Positions 45,002-55,850 of a stretch of DNA of 64,000 bases are shown here, one piece after another (position 1 is the stretch's first letter; the number at the start of each line of letters is the position of its first letter). The translations under genes and the position numbers were made by a program. The notes below the pieces were generated by a model. The model was not told where the DNA came from, did not search any database, and saw only the letters and a list, made by a program, of their open reading frames with translations. The stretch is from Methylibium sp. (GTDB lineage Bacteria > Pseudomonadota > Gammaproteobacteria > Burkholderiales > Burkholderiaceae_C), in contig JANMYQ010000188.1 of NCBI GenBank assembly GCA_031382215.1, forward strand, positions 8,249 through 72,248, written 5' to 3'.

Positions 45002-45921
45002 ACACACAGGACGTCCGCACCTACCTGCTCGACCTTCAGGCCCGCATCATCGGCGCGCTCGAAGCCGAAGAGGGCCGCCCCTTCATCACCGACGGCTGGA
45101 CCCGCGAGCCCGGCGGCAAGCTCGAAGGCGACGGCCTGTCGCGACTGATCGAAGGCGGCGAGCTGCTCGAACGCGGCGGCTGCAACTTCTCTCACGTGAA
45201 GGGCAAGACCCTGCCGCCCTCGGCCACGCAGCACCGGCCCGAACTGGCGGGAGCGCCGTTCGAGGCCATGGGTGTGTCGCTGGTGATGCACCCGCGCAAC
45301 CCGTACGTGCCGACGGTGCACATGAACGTGCGCATGTTCGCCGCGTTGCCGCCGGGGCAGGCGCCAGTGACGTGGTTCGGAGGCGGCATGGACCTGACGC
45401 CGTACTACGGTGTCGAGGACGACGCGCGCCACTTCCACCGTGTGAACCGCGACGCGCTCGCGCCGTTCGGCGCCGACAAGTACCCGCGCTTCAAGACCTG
45501 GTGCGACGAGTACTTCTTCCTCAAGCACCGCGGCGAGCCGCGCGGCATCGGGGGCGTGTTCTTCGACGACTTTTCCGAGCTCGGTTTCGAAGGCAGTTTC
45601 GAGATGCTGCGCGCGGTGGGCGATGCCTTCATCGGCGCCTACCTGCCGATCGTGCGGCGCCGCCGGGGCCGGCCCTACGGCGAGCACGAGCGCGACTTCC
45701 AGGCCTACCGGCGCGGGCGTTACGTCGAGTTCAACCTGGTGTTCGACCGCGGCACCCTGTTCGGTCTGCAGTCGGGCGGGCGCACCGAAAGCATCCTGAT
45801 GTCGATGCCCCCGATCGTGAAGTGGCGCTACGACTGGAAACCCGAAGCCGGCACACAAGAGGCGCTCCTGTACAGCGACTTCCTGCGCCCGCGCGACTGG
45901 CTCGGCGAGGCCGGCGCTTGA
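44998..45921 (+). CDS. hemF: Oxygen-dependent coproporphyrinogen-III oxidase
   Basis: GGGRxx-like N-terminal block. [27 protein letters not shown]...[13 protein letters not shown]...[34 protein letters not shown] is colinear with E. coli HemF. ATGA overlap with the upstream stop. Confidence 0.95.
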   Translation: MNTQDVRTYLLDLQARIIGALEAEEGRPFITDGWTREPGGKLEGDGLSRLIEGGELLERGGCNFSHVKGKTLPPSATQHRPELAGAPFEAMGVSLVMHPRNPYVPTVHMNVRMFAALPPGQAPVTWFGGGMDLTPYYGVEDDARHFHRVNRDALAPFGADKYPRFKTWCDEYFFLKHRGEPRGIGGVFFDDFSELGFEGSFEMLRAVGDAFIGAYLPIVRRRRGRPYGEHERDFQAYRRGRYVEFNLVFDRGTLFGLQSGGRTESILMSMPPIVKWRYDWKPEAGTQEALLYSDFLRPRDWLGEAGA

Positions 45922-46076
45922 CGTGCCTGCGCCACATTGCGCCGCGCTCCCACATGCTGAGGATTGACTCCGCAACGCCCGCATGGTGCGGCGCGCCGCG
46001 CCGCGATATATTGCTGGCACATCTTTTGTGCCCGCATCGCCACCCCCGCCCAAACGGCGGCAAGCCCAGGAGCTGA

Positions 46077-46820
46077 ATGGACATCCGAAAACTGCAACGC
46101 GCCATCGTCGATGGTCTGGAAGACGTGAAGGCCCAGAACATCGTCGTGTTCAACACCGAACACCTGTCGCCCCTGTTCGAGCGCGTGATCATCGCCTCGG
46201 GCACGAGCAACCGGCAGACCAAATCGCTGGCGTCCAGCGTGCGCGACGCGGTCAAGGGCAGCGGCTTCCCGGTGCTGCGCACCGAGGGCGAGGCCAACGG
46301 CGAGTGGATCATCGTCGACTGCGGCGCCGCCGTGGTGCACGTGATGCAGCCCTCGATCCGCGACTACTACCACCTCGAAGAGATCTGGGGCGACAAGCCG
46401 GTCAACATGAAGCTCACGGCTGCGACCGTGAAGCTGGTGAAGGCGGCCGAGCCGGAGAGGGCGGCGCGTTCGAAGCCGGCGCCTGCGCCGAAGGCCGTCG
46501 CCAGAAGGCCAGCCGCCGGAAAGCCCGCCGCCAAGAAATCACCTTCCGCGAAGATGCCGGCCAAGAAGGCCGGCTCGGCCAGAGCACCGACTGCCGCCAA
46601 GACGCCGGCACGCAAGGCCGCCCCGCCGGCCGGCAAGGCGGTGGTGACGCGCGTGGTCGGCGTCAAGCGGCCGGTGGCGAAGACTGCGGTGGTCGCAGCG
46701 AAGAGGGCGCCCGCCAAACGCGCGCCTTCCGCCAAACCCGCAGTCAAACCCATGGTCAAACCCTCGGCCAAGCCGGCGGTGAAGAAGCCCGCTGGCAGAA
46801 AGAGCCCGTCGCGTTCATGA
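46077..46820 (+). CDS. rsfS: Ribosome silencing factor RsfS with long Lys/Ala/Pro-rich C-terminal extension
   Basis: The first ~112 aa match RsfS ([18 protein letters not shown]...[26 protein letters not shown]). The next ~135 aa are low-complexity KPAA/AKKA-type sequence. Confidence 0.85.
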   Translation: MDIRKLQRAIVDGLEDVKAQNIVVFNTEHLSPLFERVIIASGTSNRQTKSLASSVRDAVKGSGFPVLRTEGEANGEWIIVDCGAAVVHVMQPSIRDYYHLEEIWGDKPVNMKLTAATVKLVKAAEPERAARSKPAPAPKAVARRPAAGKPAAKKSPSAKMPAKKAGSARAPTAAKTPARKAAPPAGKAVVTRVVGVKRPVAKTAVVAAKRAPAKRAPSAKPAVKPMVKPSAKPAVKKPAGRKSPSRS

Positions 46821-46842
46821 CCCGCAGCGGCTGGCGGCACGC

Positions 46843-47310
46843 GTGAAGCTGCTGCTGGTGGCGGTGGGGCAACGCCAGCCCGCCTGGGCCGAGGCTGCGT
46901 ATGCCGACTTTGCCAAGCGCTTCCCGCCCGAGATGGCGCTGGAGCTGAAGGCCGTGAAGGCCGAACCGCGCGGCTCGCGCACCGCCGAACAACTGATGGC
47001 CGCCGAAGCCACGCGCCTTCAGGCCGCCTGCCCCAAGGTCGCGCGTCGGGTGGTGCTCGACGAACGCGGCGACCGCCTGACCACGGTGCAACTCGCCGAG
47101 CGCATGAAGGCGTGGTTGGGGGATGGCCGCGACGTGGCCCTGCTGATCGGTGGCCCCGATGGCCTGGACGCCACGCTGAAAGCCAGCGCGCACGAAACCC
47201 TGCGCCTGTCGGACCTGACCCTGCCGCATGCCTTCGTGCGCGTGCTGCTGGCCGAGGCGCTTTACCGGGCCTGGACGGTGACCATCAACCACCCGTACCA
47301 CCGCGAATGA
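46843..47310 (+). CDS. rlmH: 23S rRNA (pseudouridine1915-N3)-methyltransferase
   Basis: [20 protein letters not shown]...LLIGGPDGL...LSDLTLPH...[12 protein letters not shown].....HPYHRE. GTG start. Confidence 0.9.
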   Translation: MKLLLVAVGQRQPAWAEAAYADFAKRFPPEMALELKAVKAEPRGSRTAEQLMAAEATRLQAACPKVARRVVLDERGDRLTTVQLAERMKAWLGDGRDVALLIGGPDGLDATLKASAHETLRLSDLTLPHAFVRVLLAEALYRAWTVTINHPYHRE

Positions 47311-47945
47311 CGCTCCCGTCGAAGCCTCGCGAATTCATCTACCTCGCGTCGCAGAGCCCGCGCCGGCGTCAGTTGCTCGAGCAGATCGGCGTGCGCCACG
47401 AACTGCTGCTGCCGGGGGCAGACGAAGATGCCGAGGCGCTGGAAGCCGAGCGGCACGGCGAACTGCCGGCCGCCTACTGCGAGCGTGTCACCTTGGCCAA
47501 GCTCGCGGCGGCGCGCCGACGCCTGATTCAAAGGCGCCTGCCCGACGCGCCGATCCTGTGTTCGGACACCACGGTGGCGCTGGGACGGCGCATCCTTGGC
47601 AAACCGACGGATGCCGATGACGCCTGCGCCACCTTGCGCATGCTGTCCGGCCAGACGCACCGCGTGATCACCGCAGTGACCGTGGCCGCCGGGCGTCGGA
47701 CGCTGCGAGCGGTGAGCGTGTCGCGGGTTCGTTTCGCCGAGCTCCCCGAATCCGTGGTCCAGGCCTACGTCGCCACCGGCGAACCCTTCGGCAAGGCCGG
47801 CGCCTACGCGATCCAGAGTTCTCTCGCCGGCTGGATCGCGCACATCGACGGCAGTTACAGCGGCATCATGGGTTTGCCCCTGTACGAGACGGCCGAGCTG
47901 CTCCGCAAGGCTGGCATACCATCGCTGACATGCAAGACATCCTGA
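47307..47945 (+). CDS. maf: Maf-like nucleoside-triphosphate pyrophosphatase
   Basis: [18 protein letters not shown]...CSDTTV...GKP......A...L..LSG..H.V.TAV...[13 protein letters not shown] overlap with the rlmH stop. Confidence 0.9.
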   Translation: MTLPSKPREFIYLASQSPRRRQLLEQIGVRHELLLPGADEDAEALEAERHGELPAAYCERVTLAKLAAARRRLIQRRLPDAPILCSDTTVALGRRILGKPTDADDACATLRMLSGQTHRVITAVTVAAGRRTLRAVSVSRVRFAELPESVVQAYVATGEPFGKAGAYAIQSSLAGWIAHIDGSYSGIMGLPLYETAELLRKAGIPSLTCKTS

Positions 47946-49441
47946 TCAACTGGGCGCCGCAAGAGACACGCGTCGCGGTCGTCGAGAACGGCGCAGTGCA
48001 GGAGTTGCATATCGAGCGAACGCTGGAGCGCGGGCTGGTCGGCAACATCTATGCCGGCCGCGTGGCGCGGGTGCTGCCTGGCATGCAGTCGGCCTTCATC
48101 GACATCGGCCTGGAGCGTGCCGCGTTCCTGCACGTGGCCGACGTGCAGGTCAACGGCGTCACGCCGCGCGGTGCTGCCAACGGCGCGCCGCGTGGCGAAC
48201 ACGGTGCCGGCACGGCGCCGCCCACGCCGATCGAAAGGCTGGTGTTCGAAGGCCAGACGCTGACCGTGCAAGTCATCAAGGACCCGATCGGCACCAAGGG
48301 CGCGCGCCTGTCCACGCAGATCAGCATCGCGGGGCGGCTGCTGGTGTTCCTGCCGCAGGACGACCGAATCGGAATCTCGCAGAAGATCGGCTCGAACGAA
48401 CTGCGCGAACAGTTGCGTACCCGCATGTCGGCGTTGGCCGCGCTGCCCGAAGGCGCTGGCCCGGCGGGCGGATTTATCCTGCGCACCAACGCTGAAGAAG
48501 CGACCGACGCGGAACTTCAGGAAGACATCAGCTACCTGCGCAAGACCTGGGCCGCGGTGCGCGAGCGCAGCTTCAAGTCACCCGCCGGCAGCTTGTTGCA
48601 CCAGGACCTGAGCCTGGTCGAAAGAGTGTTGCGTGACCTGGCGCACGAGGGCACGCAGGCGATCCGCATCGACTCGCTGCTGCAGTACGACCTGCTGAAG
48701 CAGTTCGGCGCCGAGTTTACGCCCACGTCGGTGGCCCGGCTCGAACACTACAAGGGCGAGCGGCCGATCTTCGACCTGTTCAACATCGACGAAGAGATCG
48801 AACGCGCGCTGGCCCGGCGCGTGGACCTGAAGTCGGGCGGCTACCTGATCATCGACCAGACCGAGGCGCTGACCACGGTCGACGTGAACACCGGCGGCTT
48901 CGTCGGTGCGCGCAACTTCGACGACACCGTCTTCAAGACCAACCTCGAAGCCGCGCAGGCGATGGCGCGCCAACTTCGCCTGCGCAACCTGGGCGGCATC
49001 ATCATCATCGACTTCATCGACATGGCGCGCGAAGAACACCAGGCCGCCGTGCTGTCCGAGTTGCGCAAGCAGCTCGCGCGCGACCGCACCAAGATCACCG
49101 TCAGCGGCTTCACCCAGCTCGGCCTGGTGGAGATGACGCGCAAGCGCACGCGCGAAAGCCTGGCCCACCTGCTGTGCGAACCCTGCCCCACCTGCCAGGG
49201 CAAGGGCCAGGTGAAGACGGCGCGCAGCGTCTGCTACAACATCCTGCGCGAGATATTGCGCGAGGCGCGCCAGTTCAACCCCAAGGAATTCCGCGTCGTC
49301 GCCGCCGCCACGGTGGTCGAGATGCTGCTCGACGAAGAGAGCCAGCACCTGGCGGGCCTGAGCGACTTCATCGGCAAGCCGATCTCGCTGCAGGCCGAGG
49401 CGACGGGGTCGCCGGAGCAGTACGACATTGTGTTGATGTAG
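47930..49441 (+). CDS. rng: Ribonuclease G
   Basis: S1 domain ([23 protein letters not shown]) and RNase E/G catalytic blocks ([23 protein letters not shown]). It overlaps the maf 3' end by 16 nt. Confidence 0.95.
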   Translation: MQDILINWAPQETRVAVVENGAVQELHIERTLERGLVGNIYAGRVARVLPGMQSAFIDIGLERAAFLHVADVQVNGVTPRGAANGAPRGEHGAGTAPPTPIERLVFEGQTLTVQVIKDPIGTKGARLSTQISIAGRLLVFLPQDDRIGISQKIGSNELREQLRTRMSALAALPEGAGPAGGFILRTNAEEATDAELQEDISYLRKTWAAVRERSFKSPAGSLLHQDLSLVERVLRDLAHEGTQAIRIDSLLQYDLLKQFGAEFTPTSVARLEHYKGERPIFDLFNIDEEIERALARRVDLKSGGYLIIDQTEALTTVDVNTGGFVGARNFDDTVFKTNLEAAQAMARQLRLRNLGGIIIIDFIDMAREEHQAAVLSELRKQLARDRTKITVSGFTQLGLVEMTRKRTRESLAHLLCEPCPTCQGKGQVKTARSVCYNILREILREARQFNPKEFRVVAAATVVEMLLDEESQHLAGLSDFIGKPISLQAEATGSPEQYDIVLM

Positions 49442-49476
49442 GTTGGCTGCTGCGATGACAGGCCTGACGCGTTGAA

Positions 49477-50583
49477 TCAGGCGCAGGCACGTACCGCGTG
49501 AATGACTTGCTCGATCATTGCGTCGGTCATGCCAGGCCAGATCGGCAGACTCAACACCTCGGTTTGCATCGCTTCGGCGATGGGGAACTGACCTCGCCCC
49601 CAGCCCATCTCGGCGTAGGCCGGCTGCAAGTGGGGGGCCACTGGGTAGTGAATCAGCGTGCCGATGCCGCGTTCGGCCAGACGTTGTTGAAACGCGTTTC
49701 GATCAGCATGCCGCACCACGAACAAGTGCCACGCCGGCTCGGCGAACGCCGGTATCCAGGGCAAGATCAACGGCAGGCCTTGCATGCCGGCAAGATAGCG
49801 GGCAGCTACAGAGCGGCGCCGGTCTGTTGCATCCAATAGGCCCACGAGCTTGGCCGCAAGCACCGCCGCCTGAATTTCGTCGAGGCGCGAATTGAAGCCC
49901 TTGATCTCGTTGTGATACTTCACGCGTGAGCCGTAGTTGCCGAGAACCCGCACCTGTTCCGAGAGAGCGAGGTCATCGGTGGTCACAGCGCCGGCATCGC
50001 CGAAAGCACCCAGGTTCTTGCCGGGGTAGAAGCTCCAGGCCGACAGGTCGGCCAGCGAGCCGACTGGTCGGTTCTTGTAACGCGCCGCGTGAGCTTGCGC
50101 GCAATCGTCGAGCACCTTTAGGCCGCACTTGTGGGCCAGGTCGCAGATCGGGTCCATGTCGGCGGGCTGCCCGTACAAGTGCACCGGCAGGATGACTTTG
50201 GTACGCGGTGTAATGGAGGCTTCGATGCGCGACGGGTCCAGGTTGCAGGTGGCTTCATCCGGCTCCACCGGGACCACCTGCGCACCACACTGGGATACGG
50301 CAAGCCAAGTCGCAATGTAGGTGTTCGACGGCACGATGACCTCGTCGCCTTTCCCCACGCCGAGTGCACGCAAGCCGAGGTGGAGCGCGTCGAGCCCATG
50401 CGCCACGCCCACACATTGCCGCACGCCGCAGAAGCCGGCATACGACGCCTCGAACGCAGCCAGCTCGTTACCCATCAGGTACCAACCGCTGGCGGCGACG
50501 CGGGCGATGGCTGCATCGATGCCGGCCTTGGACTCTTCGTAGGCCGATGCGAGGTCGAGGAACGGAACGGCCGGGTGTTTCAT
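49477..50583 (-). CDS. DegT/DnrJ/EryC1/StrS-family sugar aminotransferase (FdtB/QdtB-like)
   Basis: PFLDL....Y.E....IDAAI..V..SGWY..G.E...FE..YA.F.G; a typical PLP sugar aminotransferase of 368 aa. Confidence 0.9.
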   Translation of the reverse strand: MKHPAVPFLDLASAYEESKAGIDAAIARVAASGWYLMGNELAAFEASYAGFCGVRQCVGVAHGLDALHLGLRALGVGKGDEVIVPSNTYIATWLAVSQCGAQVVPVEPDEATCNLDPSRIEASITPRTKVILPVHLYGQPADMDPICDLAHKCGLKVLDDCAQAHAARYKNRPVGSLADLSAWSFYPGKNLGAFGDAGAVTTDDLALSEQVRVLGNYGSRVKYHNEIKGFNSRLDEIQAAVLAAKLVGLLDATDRRRSVAARYLAGMQGLPLILPWIPAFAEPAWHLFVVRHADRNAFQQRLAERGIGTLIHYPVAPHLQPAYAEMGWGRGQFPIAEAMQTEVLSLPIWPGMTDAMIEQVIHAVRACA

Positions 50584-51536
50584 GCCCTTGCGCCGACCAG
50601 CTGCAGAAAGTCCGAATACTCGCGGACGTAGTCTGCAGCGTCGTACTCGGCAGAAGCGAGCACGAGCAAGACCGCGTCGGGCGAATACTTGTAGTGAACA
50701 CGCCAGATGTGAGCCGGCACAAACAAGCCGCGGGTCGGTGAGTCGAGCAAGACTTCATCGCGAACGTTGCCGTCGTCGAGCATCACTGAACATGAGCCTT
50801 TGACGCAGACGAGGAACTCTTGCAACTCCTTGTGAGCGTGTTCACCGCGCACTTCCCGGCTCGGCACGTCGTAAACGACAAAGAATCGCTTGGGCGCAAA
50901 CGGAAGTTGCTGGCCCAACTCGCCGAATGAAAGAGAGCCGCGCAAGTCAGCGACCTGCGGCAACGTGATCGTGCGCGCGCCAGCTACTCGAAGAGGCGCA
51001 AACCCCGCGTTGTCGGCGCGGGGCGTCTTGCCCGCCACGGGTGTCTGGCTGTCCACATAACCCGTAATTCGTGCCGGGTTGCCCATGACGATGGCGTTCG
51101 CCGGAACGTCGCGCGTGACCACGGCGCCGGCACCCACCATCGCCGCGGGACCGATCGTCAGGCCGGGCAAAATCGTGGCGTTGGCCCCGATCGTTGCGCC
51201 CGAGCGCAGTCGAGTCTGCAGCGCAATGAACGCCTTCTTGCTGCGCGGAAACGCATCATTGGTGAAGGTTACGTTGGGACCGATGAATACGTCGTCTTCA
51301 ACTCGCAAGCCGTCCCAAAGCTGGACGCCGCACTTGATGGTCACCCGGTTTCCCACCACAACGTCGTTCTCGACAAACACGTGGTCGCAGATATTCGCGT
51401 CGGTGCCGATGACGGCGCCTGGCAACACGTGGGCAAACGCCCAGATTCGCGAACGCGCACCGATTTGAACCGACTCGACGAGCGCTTGCGGATGCCGGTA
51501 GTACTCGGCGGGCGAATGGGTGTCGGGTGCGGTCAT
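50580..51536 (-). CDS. Bifunctional N-acetyltransferase (left-handed beta-helix) / 3,4-ketoisomerase (FdtA/WxcM cupin), FdtD/WxcM-like
   Basis: ATG at 51536. The N-terminal half has hexapeptide repeats ([46 protein letters not shown]). The C-terminal half is FdtA-like ([27 protein letters not shown]...[17 protein letters not shown]). Confidence 0.85.
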   Translation of the reverse strand: MTAPDTHSPAEYYRHPQALVESVQIGARSRIWAFAHVLPGAVIGTDANICDHVFVENDVVVGNRVTIKCGVQLWDGLRVEDDVFIGPNVTFTNDAFPRSKKAFIALQTRLRSGATIGANATILPGLTIGPAAMVGAGAVVTRDVPANAIVMGNPARITGYVDSQTPVAGKTPRADNAGFAPLRVAGARTITLPQVADLRGSLSFGELGQQLPFAPKRFFVVYDVPSREVRGEHAHKELQEFLVCVKGSCSVMLDDGNVRDEVLLDSPTRGLFVPAHIWRVHYKYSPDAVLLVLASAEYDAADYVREYSDFLQLVGARA

Positions 51537-51550
51537 GGGGTGGTCAAAGT

Positions 51551-52540
51551 TTAACGTTGCTCGCCGTGGCGAAGCCGCCGTACCAGGGCCTGCAGGCGAC
51601 GCATGCTCGCCGCGAGTCCGGGCCACTGCAGGTAAAGGAGCTTGCGCACACGCCATCCCAACTCAACTGAAGTCGCGTTGCGCATGGCGCGCCATCGGGC
51701 GAGCCAATCGGGGGCTGCGAGCAGGTCACGAACCAAAGATTCCCGATCATGTTCACGGCGAATGGCTGCTTCAACCAAATCGTAGCTGCCGGCCACCTTC
51801 GCGTCTGCGAGCCACTGCGAATGCTGGGCAAGCTGGTCGCTGTTTTGACGCCCAATCCAGGCGATGTACTGTGGGCCGGAAAAGTCTTGCATCTTCTGCG
51901 ACACGCCGCCGCGACGGTAGCGGACAAGCGGCTGGCGCAGCGTCTCTGCGCCGCCGCTACAGAGCGCGCGAAAAGTATGGATTTCCTCTTCATGCCCGGC
52001 ACGTGGGGGCAAGGGCCCAAAGCGTTCAAAGAGTCTGCGGGTAATGGCGTGGCCGGCGCCAATCACTCGTGGGCGGCGCTTCACCCAATCCTCAACACCC
52101 TTCCACTCGGAGAGATCGTCAACCTCTATGACGCCCAGGTCAACGCCTTGGAGGCTCATGTCGATCAGATTGCAGGCGATCAAGTCGGCGCGCTGGCCCG
52201 AACGGTCCCAGGCTTCAGCAGTCACTGCCACCCGTGTCGGCAAGGAGATGTCGTCGCCTGCCATGAACACCACCAGTTCGCCTCGCGCATTGCTCAATAC
52301 CGCGTTGAAGTGTTCCCCAATCCCCAGGTTGCGGGGATTGCGCCGCAGCACAACATCGTGAGGGCCGCGGTAGGCAAGCGCTCGCGCCTGCATCAGGGCA
52401 AACGTCGAGTCTGGCGAGGCGTCGTCGGACAGAAGAATCTCGATCGGCTCGCAAACCTGTCCAAGCGCGCTGTCTACCGCCTCCTCGACAAGGCGCGATT
52501 GGTTGTAGGCCAGGACGACCAAGGTGATGCGTGGCTTCAT
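51551..52540 (-). CDS. Glycosyltransferase family 2
   Basis: ATG at 52540 (MKPRITLVVLAYNQSRLVEEAVDSAL...LLSDDASPD...MAGDD). ATGA overlap with the upstream stop. Confidence 0.8.
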   Translation of the reverse strand: MKPRITLVVLAYNQSRLVEEAVDSALGQVCEPIEILLSDDASPDSTFALMQARALAYRGPHDVVLRRNPRNLGIGEHFNAVLSNARGELVVFMAGDDISLPTRVAVTAEAWDRSGQRADLIACNLIDMSLQGVDLGVIEVDDLSEWKGVEDWVKRRPRVIGAGHAITRRLFERFGPLPPRAGHEEEIHTFRALCSGGAETLRQPLVRYRRGGVSQKMQDFSGPQYIAWIGRQNSDQLAQHSQWLADAKVAGSYDLVEAAIRREHDRESLVRDLLAAPDWLARWRAMRNATSVELGWRVRKLLYLQWPGLAASMRRLQALVRRLRHGEQR

Positions 52541-53481
52541 GAACAACTTTCTCGGCGTGGCGCGCAGCCCGGGCGAGCCGCCAGCCACCGCTCGATGCGT
52601 TTGTCCCGCGCATGCCTGGCGATCACACGTGTCTTCAGGTAGGGAAAGCCGGTGGCAACCAACTCGGCCCAGCGGATCGAGGTGTCGTCCGAGCTCAAGG
52701 GGTCGGTGTGGAGCGAAGGGAACAGCGCTTGGCAGCGCAGACCGGCGGCCTCCAGCAGTGCGCTGAGGCGCGCTTCGTACAACTCGATCACTTGCGCCTT
52801 GTCGGGCCAGTTGAGCAGGCGCTCGAACAGGGACGTGAAGGCGCTGCTGCGAAGCGCGTTTGCGCTGAAGACAAGAAAGTAGCTTTGCAGATGCCGGCGC
52901 GGCAACAAGCTTTCGGTCAAACCGAGCACATCAGCGCCAGCGGCGCGCACGCGCTCGATCAATTGGGTGAACGCCAATGTGCTGAGCGGGCCAACGATGC
53001 TGTCGTTGACGAGGTACAGGCGGGTCCATTTGGCGCGGTCTTCGCAAAGCCTCAGCGCATGCGCCCAGGCGCCGAAGTCGAATCCGAGGTTCTGGCGAAT
53101 GAGCACGCCGCTGAGTCGATCCTGCAGCTCGGAGTCGAGTTGAATGCTGTTCATAGGCAGGTCCGTATTGACGATCAACACGACCCGAATGCCTTCGGCG
53201 AGCAAGTGCGTGATGTGCTCTGCCACGTGAACCTTGAGTTCCGGCTGGTCGGCAAAGCTCACGAACAGGCAGACCTCGCCGGCCAGGGTGACTGCCAGCG
53301 GCTTGGATACGTGCAAGTTGGCTGCGGCGGCCGGTGTCGCAATCCCATCCACTGCCTCGATAAGTTCGGCATGACGCTCCTGCAGCAGGCGGTGCTCGCG
53401 CCTTCGAACATAGGGAAGGGCTGCCTTGAACTTGCGCCGCCAAGTTCGCAGGCTGTTTCTAAGCCAATTCACGCTGCGCAT
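52537..53481 (-). CDS. Rhamnan-synthesis protein F (RgpF)-family glycosyltransferase-like protein
   Basis: VLIVNTDL...NLGFDFGAWAHAL...LYLVNDSIVGPL...SYFLVF blocks resemble the RgpF family, from memory. Confidence 0.7.
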   Translation of the reverse strand: MRSVNWLRNSLRTWRRKFKAALPYVRRREHRLLQERHAELIEAVDGIATPAAAANLHVSKPLAVTLAGEVCLFVSFADQPELKVHVAEHITHLLAEGIRVVLIVNTDLPMNSIQLDSELQDRLSGVLIRQNLGFDFGAWAHALRLCEDRAKWTRLYLVNDSIVGPLSTLAFTQLIERVRAAGADVLGLTESLLPRRHLQSYFLVFSANALRSSAFTSLFERLLNWPDKAQVIELYEARLSALLEAAGLRCQALFPSLHTDPLSSDDTSIRWAELVATGFPYLKTRVIARHARDKRIERWLAARPGCAPRRESCS

Positions 53482-53484
53482 CCG

Positions 53485-54081
53485 TCACGGTACAGGTTTG
53501 ACGCAGGTGAACTCCCACGCCAGGTGCGAAAGCTTGCCCGTTCGTTCCCGCCGCCAGCGCTTGAAGCGACGGAGTGGCGAGAGGGGGATGTCGGGTGACA
53601 GCGCCTCCGGATGCAGCGCCCACTCATTGCGCAGCATCTCAAACGCACCCGCGAAACCATACATTCGGGCTCCGGGTTGGCGTCCACAGAAGTAGTCCGC
53701 CGTGCCGCGGGTGATGAAGTTCACATGCGTTGGATCGTGAAACGCCTCTGGTCGCGGATAGGCCGGCGTGACGGCATAGAAGCGGCCACCAGGCTTGAGC
53801 ACACGGTGGATCTGGTTCATCAGCTCGATGAACGGGAAGCGCGTGCCGCGGCCATCGACTGTCGCCAGTACGCGTGGCACGTGTTCGAGGAAGTCAAAGG
53901 CCGAGACCGAATCGAAACTCGAATCGGGGTGGGGGATCGGCTCCAGGCTCAGGTTGGCCTGCGCGAAGCGGGCCATGTCCAGGCCCGGCGGCAGCGCGAG
54001 GTCCACCGCGTGCACCTCGTCGCAGTGGTAGGGGTTGCGCGGCACAGGGCCGCAACCGAGGTCGAGGTGGCGTGTGGTCAT
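53485..54081 (-). CDS. Class I SAM-dependent methyltransferase
   Basis: LDLGCGP motif I and VLKPGGRFY post-II block. 198 aa. Confidence 0.8.
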   Translation of the reverse strand: MTTRHLDLGCGPVPRNPYHCDEVHAVDLALPPGLDMARFAQANLSLEPIPHPDSSFDSVSAFDFLEHVPRVLATVDGRGTRFPFIELMNQIHRVLKPGGRFYAVTPAYPRPEAFHDPTHVNFITRGTADYFCGRQPGARMYGFAGAFEMLRNEWALHPEALSPDIPLSPLRRFKRWRRERTGKLSHLAWEFTCVKPVP

Positions 54082-54093
54082 GGGCGGCAGTGT

Positions 54094-54909
54094 TCAGCGG
54101 TACTCGACCGCGCCGTCCTTGTGGACCATGTGCAGCGTGAGCCCGGTGCGCGCGCGCTCCGCTTCAGACCACTCGCGCGTGCGCGCCTTCCGTGCGAACT
54201 TGGCCTGTTGGCGACCCCACCAGTTCAGCCCGATCTTGCTGTAGAAGTAGCGGTGGTCGCCGAACTTGGACACGCCTTGTTCCTTCTTCATCGCCGTTTG
54301 CGTGATCATGCCGAAGTGGTGCATGAAGGCATCACCCACGGTGCCGACCTTGATGCCGTGGCGCTTGCAGCGCGCCAGGAACTCGGCGTCTTCGCGGCCG
54401 AACAGCAAGCGGTCGGTGTCGAGGAAGCCGATCTTCTGGAACACCTCGCGGTGCACCGAGAAGCACACGCCGTGGAACCAGCCTTCGCGCACCGTGCCGC
54501 TCATCTTGGCCAGGAATTCCCGCGTGAAGGCGGGCAGGTCGTAGTCGAGTTCGAACTCCACCAAAGACGGGCTGACGACCTGCAGGCCCAGCTTCTGCGC
54601 CGCGCCGATCTGTGCCTCGATGAAGTTGTGGGCGCAGACGATGTCGTTGTTGAGCAGCACGACCCAGTCGCGGTCCGAGGCGAGAGCGCCCTGCGTCCAG
54701 GCGCCGCCGCAGCCCAGGTTCACCGGGTTGCGAATCGAGCGGATGTCGGGGCGCGACGCCAGCCAAGTCGGCGTGTCGTCGCTGCTGCCGTTGTCGATGA
54801 TCAGCAGCGCGTCGGCCGGCACGCCATTGGCGAGCAGGCTGTCGACGCATTGCTTCGTGTAGCGCAACTGGTTCAGCACGGGTATCACGACGGTGTAGCG
54901 CATGGTCAC
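54094..54909 (-). CDS. Glycosyltransferase family 2
   Basis: RYTVVIPVLNQLRYTKQCVDSLL...LIIDNGSSDDT...LNNDI. GTG at 54909 (GTGA overlap) or ATG at 54903. Confidence 0.85.
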   Translation of the reverse strand: MTMRYTVVIPVLNQLRYTKQCVDSLLANGVPADALLIIDNGSSDDTPTWLASRPDIRSIRNPVNLGCGGAWTQGALASDRDWVVLLNNDIVCAHNFIEAQIGAAQKLGLQVVSPSLVEFELDYDLPAFTREFLAKMSGTVREGWFHGVCFSVHREVFQKIGFLDTDRLLFGREDAEFLARCKRHGIKVGTVGDAFMHHFGMITQTAMKKEQGVSKFGDHRYFYSKIGLNWWGRQQAKFARKARTREWSEAERARTGLTLHMVHKDGAVEYR

Positions 54910-55850
54910 ATCCAGTCCACGAGGGCGCCGCGAGCATAGGGCAGGGTGGCCGCATCAGTCACCGGAGTTGCATCGGCCCCGGTGCGGCAGGCAGCCAGCC
55001 AGTCGGCAACACCCCGGCCGTGCAGGTCGATTCGGCTGTACTGCGGATTGTCCGGGAAGATCTTGTGCGATGGCGGGATCAGCACCGTGGTGGGCCCCCC
55101 GAGCATGTGCGCCGGGTAGTGCGTGAAGGTCGAGCAGCTCGAACCCACCAGCACACGGCAGCAGGCCAGCGCGAACAGATCGACCGCCGGGTGGGTGCTC
55201 GACCGGTGGCCGCTTTGCCGGGCCGAGTGGCGGTAGGGCGAGGCGGCCGGCATGGTGAACACGTCGAAGTTCTTCGTCAGGTTCGGGAACGCATCGAGGC
55301 TGCCCGAGCAGGAGACGAAGAACGCCACGTTGGGCACGGCCTTCTGGATCTGTGCCATCACGTGCTCGTGCCACCAGTCGGGCACCGCGGGCCAGACGAA
55401 GGCGTTGACGTCGAACTCGGTGGCGCTGATCAGCGGAAAGTCGCCGCGCCGGATGTGCACGCCCACCAGCGGCCGGCTTGCGTAAGGGGCGAACGTCGCG
55501 CGGATCACGTCGATCAGCTCAGGGCGAAGCTTGACGCGGCGACCGGTGGGCAGGTAGTAAGGCTCGAGCAGTTCGCGCGGGCCGTGGTGCGTGCGCAGGT
55601 TGACGTTGCGGTGCGAGCCGACGAGCGCGAGGTTGCCGGGCATGTCGGGGCGCAGCTTGACGCTGTCCAGGCGCCCCAGCAGGCCGCGTGAGCGCTTTGT
55701 GGCGCCGAGGATCTCGATCGCATCAAGCTCCGGCCAGCCGTCCAGGCAGACCTCGTGGCCGTGGCGCTCGGAAATCATGAAGGCCAACGCCAGGGTCTCC
55801 AGTCGCGAGGTCAGGCCGACATAGTTGGTGATGAAGACTCTGCGCTTCAC
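54906..55850 (-). CDS. Fucosyltransferase-superfamily-like glycosyltransferase (HxRRGD motif; GT11/GT23-like)
   Basis: GTG at 55850 overlaps the upstream stop (GTGA). Contains VGVHIRRGDF and DLFALACCRVLVGSSCSTFTHYPAHMLG. Family inferred from two motifs only. Confidence 0.55.
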   Translation of the reverse strand: MKRRVFITNYVGLTSRLETLALAFMISERHGHEVCLDGWPELDAIEILGATKRSRGLLGRLDSVKLRPDMPGNLALVGSHRNVNLRTHHGPRELLEPYYLPTGRRVKLRPELIDVIRATFAPYASRPLVGVHIRRGDFPLISATEFDVNAFVWPAVPDWWHEHVMAQIQKAVPNVAFFVSCSGSLDAFPNLTKNFDVFTMPAASPYRHSARQSGHRSSTHPAVDLFALACCRVLVGSSCSTFTHYPAHMLGGPTTVLIPPSHKIFPDNPQYSRIDLHGRGVADWLAACRTGADATPVTDAATLPYARGALVDWM

